DNA of 63,207 bases, filler included, from Saprolegnia diclina VS20 (lineage: Eukaryota), in the NCBI RefSeq assembly GCF_000281045.1. It is 8 parts of 3 records of this genome, joined end to end, with 100 filler letters (N's around TTAATTAATTAA, not from the genome) between each part and the next. Parts side by side here need not be neighbours in the genome. Positions count along the whole stretch, not along the records: positions 55,075 to 58,682 come from NW_008246084.1; positions 58,783 to 60,038 come from NW_008246084.1; positions 60,139 to 61,320 come from NW_008246084.1; positions 61,421 to 63,207 come from NW_008246084.1; 4 more parts are not named here. The stretch is one strand, 5' to 3'. The notes beneath the pieces were generated by a model. It ran no database searches. It had not been told where the DNA came from and saw only the letters and a list, made by a program, of their open reading frames with translations. Of the stretch, positions 58,132-63,207 are shown one piece after another. The position numbers and the translations under genes are program-made. Position 1 is the first letter of the stretch, and each line of letters starts with the position of its first letter.

Positions 58132-58682
58132 CTCTTTGCGGCGGCTCTGATTGGACACGAAGAGGTTTGCCGCGTCCTGCTCCGTGCCAACGCAAATGTC
58201 CACGCGTCGGACAGCGTACCATCTACTCGATCAGCTGAATCCTTTGCTCACATACCTCATGCGTAGAGTGGCCAAACGGCGCTAATCGCTGCAGCGCGCG
58301 GCGGCCACGCGTCAGTCGTGCGACTTTTGCTGGCGCCGATCATTGAGGTTGGCGCCAGGTCTCTTTCATTCCGCCTCTGCGTTTGTCTCTCAACCAACAT
58401 ACGTAGGGCATGACGGCCAAGACGATGGCCCTTGAGAAAAAGCACGTGGCGGTGGCCGAGGTGCTTGATTTGGCCGAGAACCTTGTGCAGGCTGTGACGA
58501 CAGCTGATCTGGCAAGCGTGCTAATGCTTGCGGTGCGCCATGGCCACACGCAGCTGCTCCAGATGCTCTTGCGCCGCCCCGACGTGCCATCGGTCGACTG
58601 CAATAAAGTACGGCAATTCGCCTTGTGTATACGCTTCCTCATGCATGCGTAGGATGGCGAGACGCCACTGGTGCTAGCGATC
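58132..58682 (+). CDS. Ankyrin-repeat protein fragment
   Basis: LFAAALIGHEEVCRVLLRANANVH; GQTALIAAARGGH; LMLAVRHGHTQLLQMLL; GETPL. Confidence 0.8.
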
Positions 58683-60714
58683 NNNNNNNNNNNNNNNNNN
58701 NNNNNNNNNNNNNNNNNNNNNNNNNNTTAATTAATTAANNNNNNNNNNNNNNNNNNNNNNNNNNNNNNNNNNNNNNNNNNNNCCGACGCTGGACATACGA
58801 GGACGCCGGCGCCAACGATACTAGGACTACCTGCTACGTTGCTGTGCAGTGCAGCACTCGCAGTTGATCGGATGCAGCTGCACTGCAGAGAGTACGACTT
58901 GTTGCAATAGCACCGACACGTACACAGTTGCATCCAGCCATGACGTGGCAGCCCAGAATGCGTTTGTCAAACTACGGCGATTCGATAAACCACGTGCAGA
59001 CAGAGATAGAGTCTCCAACGTTTTGCACGAGCTGTTTTTGATATAATCGAAATGGTTTGTCCTGCGCCCACCACAAGCTGGAGGTTGCAACTTGAAGGAT
59101 ACAACTTCAATGCTTTGGGTTGTCGATCGTGTTGTTGCTCCGAGACCCAAGACCACGCCTGCACGGGCTACTCTGTGCCCAGCAACACCACCGCCTTGCA
59201 TGAACCACGTGTGCTCTTTTGGTTTTGAAAAGTACACAAAATCCCGACTAGATTTGTTGCTTTGTGCCATGATAGACGGCTTGGTAAAGGCTGTCCCAAG
59301 AGGTGGCGAAGTGGCGATTGAGGTCGTTTTCCTATTCATCCGACGACAATACAGTGCTAATGATGGGATTTCCCAAACCGTCAGGCCTTCTGGCAACATA
59401 AGTGAGAGAAATATCGCATCCTTCAGGGTGCGATCGCTGAGAATAGAAGCACTAGAGGAGCCACCGTTGAAGCACCTTTTTCCTTCAGACTCGACGCTCC
59501 AGCGATGCCTTTGCGAGTATTTCAATGGACCGACACGGTGCAGTCACCTCGCAAGACCACCAGCAACATTGGTTGCTCAGTGGCCTGATATACGGCTTGG
59601 TAAAGATGATCCACGGCGGCGATCGCATTTGTTTTCTCCATTTTTCAAACTACGCAGTAGCAATAATTTTCAGTGGAGTGGATTTCAAACAATGCCGACA
59701 ACTTTAAACGATTTAGAGAGAAATGTCGCCTCCTTCAGGGGCCGTTTGCTGAGAAAAGATGCTATTATAGATGAGCCCCTTTTTAGGCTATCGTTTTTCC
59801 GTGTTTGGTCCCCAAGCGACACGGGCCATCGCAAGCTGAGCCTTGTTTGCCTTTCGGAGGCCGAGTTCGCTGGATTTGCATGCTGCTTGCGCAGCTTACT
59901 CGAGCGTTGATGCCGAGATGTCGAGCATCAGCGATATCGGACGTCGCCTTGTAAAGGTTGCGAGGTAAAAGCTAGATTGAACTGGGAAAAACCTGCCAAA
60001 GTGCTTTTACGACAAGCGCAATGGCGTTCTGCATCGCGNNNNNNNNNNNNNNNNNNNNNNNNNNNNNNNNNNNNNNNNNNNNTTAATTAATTAANNNNNN
60101 NNNNNNNNNNNNNNNNNNNNNNNNNNNNNNNNNNNNNNGACCACACTAACGCACGGTTGTGGCCAGTGTTAACCTCCGGTCCGCTCCTCTGGCCACACGT
60201 ATCATTGTTTTCGTCGTGTTGGACGTTGCTTGATTTGGCGACAAGTAGTTGCGAACCCATCACGTCACTTGCAACGAGAATGAGTGGTCCATCGATTGAG
60301 CCTTCGACTCGAGCATCCGAGGACGAGACGATACTTGGTACCGTCGTGCTCTACGGATGGATGCAGTGAAGGCACCACACCCACGCGAAAATGAACGAGA
60401 AATGAAAGCAGCGCGTATTAGACTCTTTTCGTCCACCTCGACAACGACGTTGTCGACCAATCCAGCCCAGTGTCAAGCAACGTACTTTTTCGAATCCTCT
60501 CGTGGAGCAAGAAGCGTCCACAAAATGCGTCCAAAGTTCCTCCCCGCCGCCTATAGGACATTAGGAGTGGTATACCCACGCATACAATGTACTGCGCTCA
60601 ACATATAAACCGAGCGTACTTAGTGTTCTTGACCGTCCACGAAGGTGCCAAAACGAATCAGATTTCAACAGAAGAGTACTATCACCTCGTTCGAATCAAC
60701 TAAATAACGGTAGG

Positions 60715-61320
60715 TCAAGTTTGATCTTCATTCGATGCGCGGACAAGTGCGTCGTCGTCAAGCCAGTCGTCCGCTTCGTCGGGTGAGTCGAGAGCGCAGA
60801 GGTACGGGACTGAGCTCCGAATCGCATCGACGTGAAACCCGTCAGTGTAAATATCAAAAGTGCCTTGACGCTGTGGCGGCTCCTGCCACGGTCGCTGTAC
60901 CACGACTTTGCCGCAAAGCGTAAACCGGTACCCGCGGTAGAACCGATCGGCCGAGTCGGCGCGCACAAACAGCAGCGCAACAAGCCCAAGGAGCGAAAGC
61001 CACCCGAGCAGGCGCACTTGATACGCGAGCGCCGCCGTGTCATTGCCCGACGTCGCAACCAGGAGGCTTTGGGCAATGGCCCACGTGATCGATGAGAGGC
61101 CATACATGGTGCCAACATGGTAGACGCCAAACAAGTCGGTGAGGTGACAGACAAGCAGCGACGCGTCGGCGCTTGAAGCAAACCGGAGCACGTAGAGAAG
61201 CCCCTCAACATGCGCAAACTGCGTCATCTTGTCCGACTCGAGGTACGCAGCGGGAATCGCAATGCACTGCAGAAGGAGAATGCCCGTGAAGAAGACCTTT
61301 CGGACGGCCGCGGGGTTGGC
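60715..61320 (-). CDS. Hypothetical multi-TM protein, 3' fragment
   Basis: ORF with several hydrophobic segments, open into the gap. Confidence 0.45.
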   Translation of the reverse strand, partial: ANPAAVRKVFFTGILLLQCIAIPAAYLESDKMTQFAHVEGLLYVLRFASSADASLLVCHLTDLFGVYHVGTMYGLSSITWAIAQSLLVATSGNDTAALAYQVRLLGWLSLLGLVALLFVRADSADRFYRGYRFTLCGKVVVQRPWQEPPQRQGTFDIYTDGFHVDAIRSSVPYLCALDSPDEADDWLDDDALVRASNEDQT

Positions 61321-61420
61321 NNNNNNNNNNNNNNNNNNNNNNNNNNNNNNNNNNNNNNNNNNNNTTAATTAATTAANNNNNNNNNNNNNNNNNNNNNNNN
61401 NNNNNNNNNNNNNNNNNNNN

Positions 61421-62687
61421 AACCAGACATTTCACAATGGCTCAGGGGGAAAGGCAGTTCCTCGGGTGAGATGAGGCTGCTGCGTGATAGGAGCCGAGAT
61501 CTAGAATGCTAGCAGTATTTGCAAGCTCCTCTAAGTGAAAAAGGTCGTTTTGACGTCCTACGCGCGCAAAACACCCATACCGAGAGACCGGGTGAACTGT
61601 GCATTGAAGACTTGAATCCTAGTTTTACATTGTCTCGTTGCTGCGTCTTACGAGCGAGTCTTATTATGCGTCATGAAGTGCTTGATCTTCTCGTACTGGC
61701 AGATCGCCGTCTTGAACGACCGATATATAGTTTCCTTGACATCGTGTTGGTACTCGGGTCGTTCACCAAAGAAGACTTTGGCTGCGCCTAAGTATGACAC
61801 TTCATTGGCAGCCTTGCGGTACGCGCAGCTAGACTCCAGCATCGAGAACGCGAACCCATGTGCTAGTGTAGGATAGCGTGTACAGTCCATCTCGTCAACA
61901 ACGCGTATCGATGGCGCGTAATACATGGGATGCATGGCGAGCCTGGGAAGGAGCCCAGACGCAAAAGAACTGCTGTTGGGCTGCACTGTTTGCACGAGAT
62001 AGCCACCATTTCGCTTGCGTCGTAGCTGTGGAGGTACACCTCCATGGGGATCACGCGGACAGCACCTGTCGCGGAGCATGGGCATGGAAGGCATCGCCTC
62101 ACTGGTCGATGCATCATGTTGTCGTTGCGGTCCACCACATTGTGTGCAAGCGGGGCGTGGCTGATGGCGTGGTCATGGCAAAAGATGGCGCAAGCCGAGA
62201 ACATGTTGCACGTATTGCAGGCGTGGGTTGCATGGCTCGAGCACAAGCTGCACACCGCATCTGGTCTTTCCAATGGCGTCGCCCAATATGCGACGTGCTT
62301 CAAGTGGTCAAAGAACTGGCCACTCCAGGCTATCTCAGCGGCGCGTCGCGCGTTCAAATTCTGCTGGTCCTTTTGGTCTTGCCGTAGCTCCACGGACGGC
62401 TTAGTCCGGTCGTTGACGTGCCGTCCCGCTTGTAGGACGTACACGTCGTTATCGTCCCCACCAGAGTCGTACGCGGCGTCCCCGTGAGCGCTCGGAACGA
62501 CGTTGGACGCAGGCTCGGGCTGGCCCGCCTTTTGGACACTTGGGGTGTTGTGCGCTGCGATCCCATTGGCGATCGGAGCAACAGGAAAGATAGGTCCGTG
62601 TTTGAGCTCGTGCGCCCTTAGCTGCTCCGCGTATGTTGGGATGTCCTTGCACTTCTTGCCCTTCTTCCTCGCGAAGAGCGTGAGCAT
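61421..62687 (-). mobile_element. KDZ (Kyakuja-Dileera-Zisupton)-type transposase N-terminal CxC cysteine-cluster region, truncated by gap
   Basis: CSLC...CNTC...FCHDH..H..H, CLPCPC, SCKQCSPTAVLLRLGSFPGSP...FSML..IYRSFKTAICQY resemble CxC2/CxC3 clusters. Confidence 0.6.
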
Positions 62688-63207
62688 CGTCAAATGGGTT
62701 TCGTGATTGGTTTCATTTTCGACAGTTTCGCGTCCCTGGTGGGATTAGTTTTTATGATTGAGAATCAAACAGTCTCCGAAACAATCTCAATCAATTATTC
62801 TCCTGGCTCAAGAGGTTAGTTTTCTTCGCGAGATTAATATAAGTTGATGGCGCGGAATATACGCATCTAGTACTGTACAATTCGGTCCACGGTACTGGAC
62901 GGCGTAGTTTGAGAAGCGAGTTGGTGATGATCCAGCCTCGTATCCCAAAACACTCATTTGCCCTCAACCCAGCCTAGGATGGTACCGTTCCTCGCGAGCT
63001 CGCTCTCTTGAATGACGTTGCATGCTATAAACCGATAAGAATTTATTTGCACAAGTCGTCCAAACTGGTCCAAGATGCTGACTCCTGACGGTGCGACGTG
63101 TAACGGTTTGGCGCTGTCACAGAGCGCCACGTCATCGGGTAACTCCTCCTCCCACAACACAAATGTGCCATCTTGGCAAACAAAGCACTTTACTTGGCCT
63201 GTATTAT

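Overview
Eukaryotic genomic DNA, GC-rich, with short GT-AG introns and many assembly gaps. Seven N-flanked TTAATTAATTAA linkers mark contig joins. Gene content points to a saprolegnialean oomycete (Achlya/Saprolegnia-like; inferred). Recognisable genes include PEX5, gamma-tubulin, a PX-AGC kinase, SDHAF3, HAUS5-like, a cyclin, an M14 carboxypeptidase, a GPAT-type acyltransferase, an aldo-keto reductase and a CBM1 repeat protein. The most notable observations are: (1) a P-superfamily-like DNA transposon with a CATG end and an 8-bp target duplication, inserted in codon 5 of a PARP16-like gene; (2) a pipsqueak-type HTH fused to a PLP aminotransferase, an architecture analogous to bacterial MocR/GabR; (3) an intron-containing chimera of a MULE/FAR1 DNA-binding module and a degenerate pogo DDE domain; (4) a MULE derivative inserted into one allele of a transglutaminase-like gene; (5) an inverted repeat with arms of at least 906 bp that duplicates a Myb gene head-to-head; (6) a DPM1 paralog lacking the DxD motif; (7) a KDZ/CxC transposase fragment. 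Family assignments come from motif recognition only, with no database searches. Boundaries of spliced genes are approximate.
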